This document shows, one piece after another, positions 21,528-30,784 of a stretch of 64,000 nucleotides of DNA. The first letter of the stretch is position 1. Every line of letters begins with the position of its first letter. Position numbers and translations under genes: made by a program. The notes below the pieces were generated by a model that saw only the letters and a program-made list of their open reading frames with translations, was not told the DNA's origin and did not search any database. The DNA lies in contig CAZGOA010000003.1 in NCBI GenBank assembly GCA_964527425.1, positions 97,048 through 161,047 of the forward strand, written 5' to 3'. Source of the DNA: an uncultured Gammaproteobacteria bacterium. GTDB taxonomy: Bacteria; Patescibacteriota; Microgenomatia; UBA10105; UBA927.

Positions 21528-22583
21528 TTACAACTTTCTTCCAGTCACTCTCACTTTTTTTAGCAATTCTTCATCTTCAAGAAGCTTTCCACAACCTCTC
21601 GCAACCGCAGTTAATGGATCATCAGCAATCCATACAGGCATTTTTAGTTCTGTTGCAACTAATTTATCAATTCCCTGAATCAAGGCGCCGCCTCCTGCTA
21701 ATACAATACCTTGTTCAATAATGTCTCCCATCATTTCAGGTGGAGCTTCTTCTATTGTTAGAGCGATTGCATCAATAATTTCCTGCAATACAGATGATAA
21801 AGCCTCTCTTACTTCTGCTTCAGATAATCGCAAAGAAGTTGGCAAACCAGTTTCTGCACTTCTTCCTCGTACAACTGTTTGACGTTCAACAGAATTTACA
21901 GGAAAGGCAGAACCGATTGTAAGTTTTACGTCTTCAGCAGTCTTTTCTCCTACAAGCAAACTATGTTTTTGACGTAAATACAACATGATTGCCTCATCCA
22001 TTTCATCTCCAGCAGTTCGAATACTTTTGTTGACCACCATTCCACCCAGACTCATTACTGCAATTTCACTTGTTCCTCCTCCGATATCGCAGATAAAACT
22101 CCCGTTACTTTCCTCAATAGGAAGCCCTGCACCAATAGCAGCTGCCATTGGTTCTTCTATTAAATATGCTTCTCGTGCACCAGCCAGCAAGGCTGCTTCT
22201 TGTACAGCACGTCTTTCTACTTCTGTAACACCTGATGGGATTCCAATAACGACTTTTGGTCTAGGGATTCTGGGAAAAAACGATCTTCTCGGTGATTCAT
22301 GAATATACTGAATATAATGCTTTAACATAGCTGCGGTTGCGTCAAAATCAGAAATAACTCCATCTCTCAGTGGTCTAATTGCTTCAATTGTCTGTGGTGT
22401 TTTCCCGAGCATTCTTTTGGCGTCTGCACCAATCGCTAATACTTGCTTTGTTTTTATATGACGAGTAACAACAGATGGTTCTCGTATCATTATTCCTTTC
22501 CCTCGTACATATACCAAGGTATTGGCAGTGCCCAAATCTATTCCCAAATCATACGAAAATAATCCTAAAAACGTGTTTATCAT
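21528..22583 (-). CDS. mreB: Rod shape-determining protein MreB
   Basis: Actin-fold motifs DLGTANTLVYV, VIGIPSGVTEVERRA, DIGGGTSEIAV. Confidence 0.9.
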   Translation of the reverse strand: MINTFLGLFSYDLGIDLGTANTLVYVRGKGIMIREPSVVTRHIKTKQVLAIGADAKRMLGKTPQTIEAIRPLRDGVISDFDATAAMLKHYIQYIHESPRRSFFPRIPRPKVVIGIPSGVTEVERRAVQEAALLAGAREAYLIEEPMAAAIGAGLPIEESNGSFICDIGGGTSEIAVMSLGGMVVNKSIRTAGDEMDEAIMLYLRQKHSLLVGEKTAEDVKLTIGSAFPVNSVERQTVVRGRSAETGLPTSLRLSEAEVREALSSVLQEIIDAIALTIEEAPPEMMGDIIEQGIVLAGGGALIQGIDKLVATELKMPVWIADDPLTAVARGCGKLLEDEELLKKVRVTGRKL

Positions 22584-22631
22584 GTGTTGTTCATTCTAGC
22601 ATAAGAAAAAGATTGATATAATGCACACAAC

Positions 22632-22832
22632 ATGTCACCGGTTGTAAAAAATACTATTTATCAACATCGAATAAATGCAGGACTAACGCAAGAAGAATTA
22701 GCACAGAAGGTTAAGGTTACAAGACAAACGATTATTGCAATCGAAAAAGGAAATTATGCTCCATCAATAGAGCTAGCACTTAAACTCGCATTAACCTTTA
22801 AAACACGCGTGGAGGCGCTTTTTTCATTATGA
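22632..22832 (+). CDS. XRE-family helix-turn-helix transcriptional regulator (66 aa)
   Basis: LTQEELAQKVKVTRQTIIAIEKG Cro/C1-type HTH; TGaTATAAT extended -10 about 12 nt upstream of ATG (near-leaderless). Confidence 0.8.
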   Translation: MSPVVKNTIYQHRINAGLTQEELAQKVKVTRQTIIAIEKGNYAPSIELALKLALTFKTRVEALFSL

Positions 22833-23191
22833 ATAAAAATATCATGTTACAAATTGTTTCTGCAGTATTCGTTATACTTTTTCTAATACTCGCTGCAAAT
22901 CCATTTAATTTTTGGATGCCTTCACCAGTTTTAATGATGTTGGTCTGCCTTATTACAGCTACATATTTTATTTTTGCTGCTCTGGTATTTCTGGAAAGGC
23001 CTCGAGACGAACGAGAACAGCTGCATAGTTTAATTTCAGGACGCATATCATTTCTTACCGGTTCAGCAGTGCTGGCAATTGCTATTATCATTAAAGAACT
23101 ACAAGGACAACCCGATCCCTGGCTTATTGGAGCTCTGGGCACAATGATACTTACAAAAATAATCGTGAGAATAGTGTTAAATATAAAGTAA
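22829..23191 (+). CDS. Small 3-4 TM membrane protein translationally coupled to the HTH regulator
   Basis: ATGA overlap with upstream HTH gene; three to four hydrophobic helices. Confidence 0.55.
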   Translation: MNKNIMLQIVSAVFVILFLILAANPFNFWMPSPVLMMLVCLITATYFIFAALVFLERPRDEREQLHSLISGRISFLTGSAVLAIAIIIKELQGQPDPWLIGALGTMILTKIIVRIVLNIK

Positions 23192-23192
23192 A

Positions 23193-24434
23193 TTACCTGA
23201 ATGGCAACAAAGCAATGTTTTGCAACAATTCTCGAGAATCCCTGATTGAATTCAAGCCTAACACCGATTGAGTTTTCTTTTTATGGCTTTGCAAAAACCG
23301 CACTATACGATTGAGTATTCCCTGATGATCTTTAAGGCTCTGCAGCCAAACGGTTTCATCTTTACCATAATCAAGAACTATATCACCAGTTAAAAAATGA
23401 TCATGTGCAATAATGTGCTCCAGATACTGCAAGGTCATACCTGATCGACTAAATTCAGTTTCTAGAAGTTTCTCCTGTTCAGGAATAGATAACCCAGAAA
23501 GTATAAAGTCATCATAGAGTTCAGTTATTATAAATTTTGCTGTCTGTTGACGTACTATTGTATCACTAAATACTGAGTGCAGATCTGGCGATGTGTCCAT
23601 CGAGGCATCTTTGTCTTGTCTAATCAATTGATTAAAATAATCTTTTTCTATGCCTAATAAAGATGCATAAATATAACCGTTTACAACCAGTTCATTCTGC
23701 GATAACGGATAGTGGATATCTGCCTGTGGAGCATCTATTCTGTCTTGATACCATTTCCATTTTTGTTGGCGCATTTCAGGAAACACCTGCAAAAACAACT
23801 GAGTCACATCTGACTCTAAAAGCTTTGCTAATAATTCAGGCTTTTCTGCAAACAAAAACTCATCTGTTAGTAAGGCAATACCAAGACTATGGAGCAGTCG
23901 AGTACCTGACTGCATTTGACTGATATGGAGCAACTCTTCCAGGCAGATCAATGAGCAATGTCTGATTTTTTCATAATCAGTACTCACAAAAATTACTTCT
24001 GGTGGCGGCAACACTACCCGGACATACTTTTTACCATTGTACATTGAAACAACACTCGTACTATCAGCATCCAACGGCTCAGCACCTAAAAATGTGTTAA
24101 TCAACAATTGGTCAGGTTCTGTATGCCACACTTTAGCACCATTCAATCTGATTGCACGAAGAACTCCTTCATAGAACATACTTGTATCTGATTGAATTTT
24201 GAGTTGTTCTTTAATTTCCGAAGAATCAACTGCTTTGCCGTATTCTAAAACCCGATTATAAGGTACAGGCAATGTCATTTGTGAAATGAAGAACTTTAAG
24301 TCAATAAAAGCTGTGTTATCAGCGTCTTTTTCGATGCGTTCAAATAATTTTTGCACATATTCAAGTACCATCAATACATTATCAACGTCTCTGTGAATTT
24401 CTCTCTGCGAACTGTGATGAATCAGTTGCTCCAT
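23193..24434 (-). CDS. hypothetical cytoplasmic protein (413 aa)
   Basis: Long ORF without recognisable motifs; convergent with the HTH/membrane pair. Confidence 0.55.
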   Translation of the reverse strand: MEQLIHHSSQREIHRDVDNVLMVLEYVQKLFERIEKDADNTAFIDLKFFISQMTLPVPYNRVLEYGKAVDSSEIKEQLKIQSDTSMFYEGVLRAIRLNGAKVWHTEPDQLLINTFLGAEPLDADSTSVVSMYNGKKYVRVVLPPPEVIFVSTDYEKIRHCSLICLEELLHISQMQSGTRLLHSLGIALLTDEFLFAEKPELLAKLLESDVTQLFLQVFPEMRQQKWKWYQDRIDAPQADIHYPLSQNELVVNGYIYASLLGIEKDYFNQLIRQDKDASMDTSPDLHSVFSDTIVRQQTAKFIITELYDDFILSGLSIPEQEKLLETEFSRSGMTLQYLEHIIAHDHFLTGDIVLDYGKDETVWLQSLKDHQGILNRIVRFLQSHKKKTQSVLGLNSIRDSRELLQNIALLPFR

Positions 24435-24583
24435 CTGCCAATTTTACTACTATAACAATCCAAAGTACATCTGATATAACATACTTTACTTTCGTTGTGA
24501 TTTAACTATGTGTAAAGTTAACTTGACATTTATACATTATCCGTTTTACTCTATAAGAATCTTAACAATCTGAAAGGAGTTAT

Positions 24584-25096
24584 ATGAATAAAAATGTATT
24601 ACCGATTATTGGACTAGTAATTATAGGTGGAGTCGTTGGTTTTTTCCTTATGCAAAGATCTGCACCAGATTCAACCATGATGAAAAAAGATGACACAACC
24701 ATGCTAAAAGACGATTCAACGACGCCTGAAGACTCCATGATGAAACCATCTGGTGAGGCTATGCCGGAAGATGATTCCGTTATGGAAAAACCAGGAAGTT
24801 ACATTCCTTATTCTGCACAAGCGTATGCAGATGCTTCAAATCAAAAACGGGTACTGTTTTTTCACGCAACATGGTGTCCAACTTGTAAAACTGCCAATGA
24901 ACAATTTACTTCAAAAATACAAGAAATTCCTTCAAATGTTGTAATTCTCAAAACAGATTATGACAAAGAATCAGAGCTTAAAAGAAAGTACGGGATAACC
25001 TATCAACATACATTTGTACAAGTTGATGAACAAGGAAATGAAATAACCAAATGGTCAGGTGGTGATATACAAGAACTAAAAAATAATCTTTTATAA
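24584..25096 (+). CDS. Membrane-anchored thioredoxin-fold protein (extracytoplasmic thioredoxin, Etrx-like)
   Basis: N-terminal TM helix, Met/Asp-rich linker (TMMKKDDTTMLKDD...SMMKP), thioredoxin motif FHATWCPTCK. Confidence 0.75.
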   Translation: MNKNVLPIIGLVIIGGVVGFFLMQRSAPDSTMMKKDDTTMLKDDSTTPEDSMMKPSGEAMPEDDSVMEKPGSYIPYSAQAYADASNQKRVLFFHATWCPTCKTANEQFTSKIQEIPSNVVILKTDYDKESELKRKYGITYQHTFVQVDEQGNEITKWSGGDIQELKNNLL

Positions 25097-25109
25097 TCAA
25101 AGTATCTAT

Positions 25110-26858
25110 ATGATCGTGCTTATTCTCTTTGCTTTTATTGGTGGAATAATTACTATACTTTCTCCGTGTATCCTGCCTGTATTACCTATTGTTTTGTCAG
25201 GTTCATTAACTGGAGGCAGAAAACGTCCTTTAGGAATCGTCACTGGATTTATTTTAAGTTTTACCTTTTTTACGCTTTTCCTTTCTGCAATCGTTAAAGC
25301 TACCGGTATTTCAGCAGACTCACTGCGCTACATCGCGGTTTTTACGTTAATTATTTTTGGAATAAGTCTCTTTCTGCCAAAGTTTCAAGTATTGATGGAG
25401 CAAGTCTTTTCAAAACTTTCATCTTTTATTAGCAGTAAAACATCAAAAAACAATCAATCAAATGATTTCTTAAGCGGTATCCCGATTGGTGCAAGTCTTG
25501 GCCTTATCTGGACACCATGTGTTGGGCCGATAATAGCTTCTGTCATCACGCTTGCTGCGACCAGTCAGGTCACCAGTAGTGCACTACTTATTACCCTTGC
25601 ATATTCATTAGGAACTGCTTTGCCAATGCTTGCCATCACCTATGGAGGAAGGCAACTTCTTCAAAAAAATACCTGGTTACTCAACAACACAAGCAAAATT
25701 CAAAGAGGATTTGGTGTACTTATGGTACTTACCGCTATAGGAATCTTTTTTAATATAGACCGCACTGTCCAAACATACATTCTGACAGCATTCCCTCAGT
25801 ATGGTACAGGCCTTACAGCTCTTGAAGACAACGCGATCGTAAAACGCGCCTTAAATCAATTAATGCCAACTAATTCTGCAATACGACCACAAGTTGGAAA
25901 ACCGATGAATACTGAAACTTCTCTTCCACGTTTATTCAAAGCACCAGGATTTACGAATCACAGTGGAGAATGGATTAACTCTGAACCACTGCAACTGGAA
26001 GATCTAAAGGGAAATGTGGTTCTTGTAGATTTTTGGACATACACCTGTATTAACTGCATACGTACACTACCCTATTTAAGAAGATGGCATGAAACATATA
26101 AAGATACGGGGTTAATCATTGTTGGTGTGCATACACCAGAATTTGAATTTGAAAAATCACTGGCAAATGTTAAGAAAGCAGCCTCAGATTTTCAGTTAGC
26201 CTATCCAATTGTTCAAGATAACGAATTTGGCATTTGGAGAGATTACAGCAATAGATTTTGGCCTGCAAAATATTTAGTAGACAAAGACGGCTACGTCAGA
26301 TATACCCACTTTGGAGAAGGCGCCTATGATGAAACAGAACAAGCAATACAAAAACTCTTAAAAGAACGCGGATCAACAATAAATACCACTATTAAAAACC
26401 CTGAATATGATCTCCATGCAAGAACACCGGAACTGTATTTAGGTTACGAGCGCATTCAAAATCTTATTTCACCTGAACGTGTATTGAAAAATATAGTTCA
26501 ACAATATACATCACCAAATTCTCCCCCAAAAAATTATTTTGGATATGAAGGAAGTTGGACACTGAGTGGTGAACATGCAAAGCCAGACACCAATGCTTCA
26601 CTCATTCTTCACTTTGATGCAAAAGAAGTATTTCTTGTTATGCGACCGAAAGATGGTACCAAAAGCACAGTGCGGGTTTACTTAAACGATCAAATAATTT
26701 CGTCTGATATGGCTGGAGAAGATGTGCAAGATGGTATTGCTCAAATAACTGAAGATCGATTGTATAAACTGGTAAACCAACAATTTGCTGGGCCAGCAAT
26801 ACTCAAACTTGTTTTTGATGACGACAACACAGAGCTCTTTGCATTTACTTTCGGATAA
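25110..26858 (+). CDS. ccdA: CcdA/DsbD-type transmembrane electron transporter fused to a TlpA/ResA-like thioredoxin domain plus a C-terminal domain of unknown function
   Basis: N-terminal LSPCILPVLP and second TM Cys (WTPCVGP) typical of CcdA/DsbD beta-domain; periplasmic thioredoxin-like CXXC (WTYTCINCIRTLP); ~170-aa extra C-terminal region. Confidence 0.7.
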   Translation: MIVLILFAFIGGIITILSPCILPVLPIVLSGSLTGGRKRPLGIVTGFILSFTFFTLFLSAIVKATGISADSLRYIAVFTLIIFGISLFLPKFQVLMEQVFSKLSSFISSKTSKNNQSNDFLSGIPIGASLGLIWTPCVGPIIASVITLAATSQVTSSALLITLAYSLGTALPMLAITYGGRQLLQKNTWLLNNTSKIQRGFGVLMVLTAIGIFFNIDRTVQTYILTAFPQYGTGLTALEDNAIVKRALNQLMPTNSAIRPQVGKPMNTETSLPRLFKAPGFTNHSGEWINSEPLQLEDLKGNVVLVDFWTYTCINCIRTLPYLRRWHETYKDTGLIIVGVHTPEFEFEKSLANVKKAASDFQLAYPIVQDNEFGIWRDYSNRFWPAKYLVDKDGYVRYTHFGEGAYDETEQAIQKLLKERGSTINTTIKNPEYDLHARTPELYLGYERIQNLISPERVLKNIVQQYTSPNSPPKNYFGYEGSWTLSGEHAKPDTNASLILHFDAKEVFLVMRPKDGTKSTVRVYLNDQIISSDMAGEDVQDGIAQITEDRLYKLVNQQFAGPAILKLVFDDDNTELFAFTFG

Positions 26859-26879
26859 CTCTGTGAATATCAAGTACAT

Positions 26880-29117
26880 TTGATACTGTACTCCTCCTTA
26901 ATAATCTTGTTTCTTGGATTTATTGTTGAAACCGGTATACTAGTTATTATGAATCTTATCTCGATAACGAACAGAGTCATACGATATTCATTTTTTCTCC
27001 TTTTTATTCTTGTACCCCTCATCCTCACCCCGTGGAATTATGAATTGTTTGAATTTAATAAAATGCTCATAACTTACGGGCTTACGATCATTATCGTGTC
27101 TGCATGGATGGTAAAAATGAGTATTACCAGAACCATATCTATACGAAGGAGCCCACTTGATATACCAATTTTCCTTTTTGTAACCTCACAGTTAATTAGT
27201 TCACTGTTTTCGATGGATCCACATGTTTCCTGGTTTGGTTATTACAGCAGGTTTAATGGCGGAATGCTTTCAATCTTTACGTACGTTCTTTTATATTATG
27301 CTTTTTTAAGCAATATAGGTCATGAAGATGACTCTGTAAAACCTGCATTTACTAAACGCACAATTCATAATCTTTTAATTACTATACTCGGTGCTGCAGT
27401 TGTTGTTTCGTTCTATGGAATACTCCAACGACTTGGTATTGATAAATCTATATGGGTACAAGATGTTCAAAATCGTATTTTTTCAACACTCGGCCAGCCT
27501 AATTGGTTAGCTGCATATATCGGAGCACTTATTCCAGTGAGTCTTGCGTTTGCACTTTCTTCTATTAACAAAGATAAACGAGGTATATTTAATAATTCGT
27601 ATCTTATTTGGATAACGATATCTACTGTTTTTTTTGTAACCCTCCTATTTACAAAATCCCGTTCGGGCATTCTAGGTTTCGGCGTAGCATTACTTATTTT
27701 CTTCACTTTGCTTCTCTTAAAACATACTAATAAAAAAAGTGTTGTCACAATGCTTTTCATTCCTTTTATTCTATTTTTTCTCCTAGCTGGGTTCTTTAAA
27801 ACAAGTATTCCAACGTATGACAAATATTTTACTCTTGATGGTGTACGACAATTCATTTCGTCTTCTAAAACACAGGAAGCACCTCAACAACCAGAAGTTC
27901 AAACAACTACCTTAATTGAATCTGGTGGAACAGAATCAGGAACAATACGCAAATACGTATGGCAAGGAGCTTTAACGGCATGGCGTTCCAGTCAAAAAGC
28001 GTTTCTGATCGGTACAGGTACAGAGACATTCGCGTTTGCTTTTTTCAGGCACAAAGGAATTGAACATAACCTTACAAGTGAATGGGATTTTCTGTATAAC
28101 AAGGCACATAACGAATATCTCAACTACCTGACAACAACAGGCATAGTAGGATTTCTCTCCTACATGGCAATCATATTCACTTTTATTTCGTGGTTTAAAT
28201 TAAAAACAATCCCGGTAATAAAAAAGTATCATCAACAAGATATTTCCATAATAGAAATCGCCTTATTCTCAGGCTGGTTTTCTATACTCATTACGAATTT
28301 CTTTGGATTTTCGGTCGTTATCATACAACTATTTTTATTCTTATTTCCTGCATTTGCATTTGCGCTCATTCAAAAAGACACAAGAAAGATTCATATAGAA
28401 ATGAAAAAACTTCCTTTTGGCGTTTCGGCGGGCTTAAGTTTTGTTGGACTCCTTATTGGATTTATTTGTTTAGGGTATATAGCGGTTTATTGGTTCGCAG
28501 ATACCTATTTTGCACTCGGACAACGCCAATCCCGCCAGGGACAATTGGGTGAAGCATATAAATCACTCAGCCAAGCACTCTTACTGCGGCCATCAGAACC
28601 CATATATTATGATGAATTGGGAGTTACACTCAGCGGCTTATCTATTGCCGCAATGGAATCAGGAGATGCAACGACTGCATCATCATTAGCTCAACAAAGC
28701 CTACTAGCCAGTGACAAAGCACTCGCAATCTCTCCAAATAATGTGAATTTTTGGAAATCTAGAACAAAAATATATTTTGGCTTTTCAGAGGTTACTCAAG
28801 AATTTGTCGTTGCTGCAATTGAATCATTGCAAAAAGCCTTAGTATTATCCCCCTTTGATCCCAAAATTACCTATAATTTAGCAGTACTTTACGGAAGAAT
28901 TGGTGAAAATGAAAAAGCGATAGAATTACTAAAACAGACAATCCAACTCAAAAAAAATTATAGAGATGCCTATTATGCACTGTACATTTTTTATCAAGAA
29001 GTAAAACAACCCAGTTTGGCCCGCGCAATATTAGAAGATTACCTTAAAACTGTAGATCCAAACGATAAAGATTTCAAAGAAAGAATCGCACAACCCATTC
29101 CTACAAATACTCAATAA
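26880..29117 (+). CDS. O-antigen ligase (Wzy_C)-like polytopic membrane protein with C-terminal TPR repeats
   Basis: Wzy_C loop motif YNKAHNEYLNYLTTTGIVGF; ~12 TM; C-terminal ~200 aa with TPR-like repeats (AYYALYIFY..., LAVLYGRIGENEKAIELL). Confidence 0.6.
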   Translation: MILYSSLIILFLGFIVETGILVIMNLISITNRVIRYSFFLLFILVPLILTPWNYELFEFNKMLITYGLTIIIVSAWMVKMSITRTISIRRSPLDIPIFLFVTSQLISSLFSMDPHVSWFGYYSRFNGGMLSIFTYVLLYYAFLSNIGHEDDSVKPAFTKRTIHNLLITILGAAVVVSFYGILQRLGIDKSIWVQDVQNRIFSTLGQPNWLAAYIGALIPVSLAFALSSINKDKRGIFNNSYLIWITISTVFFVTLLFTKSRSGILGFGVALLIFFTLLLLKHTNKKSVVTMLFIPFILFFLLAGFFKTSIPTYDKYFTLDGVRQFISSSKTQEAPQQPEVQTTTLIESGGTESGTIRKYVWQGALTAWRSSQKAFLIGTGTETFAFAFFRHKGIEHNLTSEWDFLYNKAHNEYLNYLTTTGIVGFLSYMAIIFTFISWFKLKTIPVIKKYHQQDISIIEIALFSGWFSILITNFFGFSVVIIQLFLFLFPAFAFALIQKDTRKIHIEMKKLPFGVSAGLSFVGLLIGFICLGYIAVYWFADTYFALGQRQSRQGQLGEAYKSLSQALLLRPSEPIYYDELGVTLSGLSIAAMESGDATTASSLAQQSLLASDKALAISPNNVNFWKSRTKIYFGFSEVTQEFVVAAIESLQKALVLSPFDPKITYNLAVLYGRIGENEKAIELLKQTIQLKKNYRDAYYALYIFYQEVKQPSLARAILEDYLKTVDPNDKDFKERIAQPIPTNTQ

Positions 29118-29154
29118 CAGCACATTTCTTTTACCGTTTATCGTTCAGCTCAGT

Positions 29155-29724
29155 TTGCGATATAATCCTCTCATGACAATGCCAATAGTAACTATCCCTA
29201 ACGAAGTGTTACATACACCTGCACAAACTGTAAAAGTATTTGATAAAAAAATAAAATTGCTCGTAAGTGAAATGGAAAAGGCTCTTATAGCGACGAAAAA
29301 ACCAAAAGGCGTAGGACTGGCAGCTCCACAAGTTGGTCAATCATATAGAATTTTTATTACAAGACCTACTTCTAAAGATACTATTCGTGTATTCATAAAC
29401 CCTGAAATAATCGGCTATTCAAATGAAACATATGACCAATCTCAAAAAAATAAAGAAAAACCGTTAGAAGGTTGTCTGTCTATACCTGAAATCTGGGGGC
29501 CAGTCAGCAGATCTCAATCAGTAACCCTCCGTTATCAGGATATAGAAGGCAACTCACATGAAGAATTATTTGAAGGGTTCTTAGCAACCATCATTCAGCA
29601 TGAAACAGATCATATTAATGGCATACTATTCACTCAACGAGTCATTGAGCAAAAAGGAACATTGTATAAAACAGAAATAGATGAAAAAGGAAAGGAATAC
29701 CTGCAGGAGATACAAATTGCATGA
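29155..29724 (+). CDS. def: Peptide deformylase
   Basis: Motifs GVGLAAPQVG, EGCLSIPE, QHETDHINGILF. Confidence 0.9.
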   Translation: MRYNPLMTMPIVTIPNEVLHTPAQTVKVFDKKIKLLVSEMEKALIATKKPKGVGLAAPQVGQSYRIFITRPTSKDTIRVFINPEIIGYSNETYDQSQKNKEKPLEGCLSIPEIWGPVSRSQSVTLRYQDIEGNSHEELFEGFLATIIQHETDHINGILFTQRVIEQKGTLYKTEIDEKGKEYLQEIQIA

Positions 29725-30734
29725 AAGCTCTCGATATTCTTTTTTTCGGAAGTTCGTGTGATTCTGTCATTATTCTCGATGCAATTACTCAAGCGACGTT
29801 CTCTGACTATTCAGTAGATATACATACCGTTGTTACTCAACCTCCAAGACCAATCGGAAGAAAACATGTTATAACTTCTACACCAGTAGAATTATGGGCA
29901 AAAGAACACTCGATCCCGGTATTACATTTTCAAACAAAAAATGGAAGCCCTACTCAATTTGAAGATGAACAAGACGTAATACGCACCATTCAACGCAACC
30001 GCTATGACCTGATTATCAGTGCTAGTTATGGACAACTCATACCCTGGGATAGTATACAATCTGCAACATTTGGCGGTATTAATATCCATCCATCTTTGCT
30101 TCCTCGTTGGCGTGGTGCTGATCCAATCCCCTGGTCAATATTAGCATCCGATGCAGAAACAGGTGTTAGTATTGTTAGTTTAAGTAAACAGTTCGATGAG
30201 GGGAAAATACTCGCACAACAATCAATCCTCATATCGTCCAACCATCAGAGAGAGCCATTACGAAAAACACTGTTTACGCTTGGAGCCAAACTGCTTTCTG
30301 AAGTGCTCATTTCTTATGTTAACGGATCACTGAACACAATGCCCCAAGATCCAGCTTCTGCCACCTATGCACGGAGATTACAAAAAGAAGATGGCTTTCT
30401 TCCGTGGGGTATCTGTACCAGGATAATAAACAAACAACCACTTGCTGTAGAACAAATTATAGAACTTTCAACAATCGCACATATTTCCAAACAACTAGAT
30501 ATAACAGGACTCGCAAAAACCTATACACAATCATCTGTGTTTTTAGATCACTTCTTTAGAGCTCTTTCACCGTGGCCCGGCGTATGGACAATAGTACCTT
30601 TTAAGGGAAACCCTACCAGAATGAATATACGCTCTATTACAACAACTGACGCTCAAACAACTATTGAAACAGTTCAGTTAGAAGGTAAATTACCCACTCT
30701 TTTCTCTGAAATCAACAAATATATCCAGGACTAA
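29721..30734 (+). CDS. fmt: Methionyl-tRNA formyltransferase
   Basis: Formyltransferase core (SASYGQLIP, NIHPSLLPRWRGADPI); ATGA overlap with def (conserved def-fmt operon). Confidence 0.9.
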   Translation: MKALDILFFGSSCDSVIILDAITQATFSDYSVDIHTVVTQPPRPIGRKHVITSTPVELWAKEHSIPVLHFQTKNGSPTQFEDEQDVIRTIQRNRYDLIISASYGQLIPWDSIQSATFGGINIHPSLLPRWRGADPIPWSILASDAETGVSIVSLSKQFDEGKILAQQSILISSNHQREPLRKTLFTLGAKLLSEVLISYVNGSLNTMPQDPASATYARRLQKEDGFLPWGICTRIINKQPLAVEQIIELSTIAHISKQLDITGLAKTYTQSSVFLDHFFRALSPWPGVWTIVPFKGNPTRMNIRSITTTDAQTTIETVQLEGKLPTLFSEINKYIQD

Positions 30735-30784
30735 CCACAGAAAATAAATTGTAATAATCACTTAAAGTCTATACAATTTTTATA

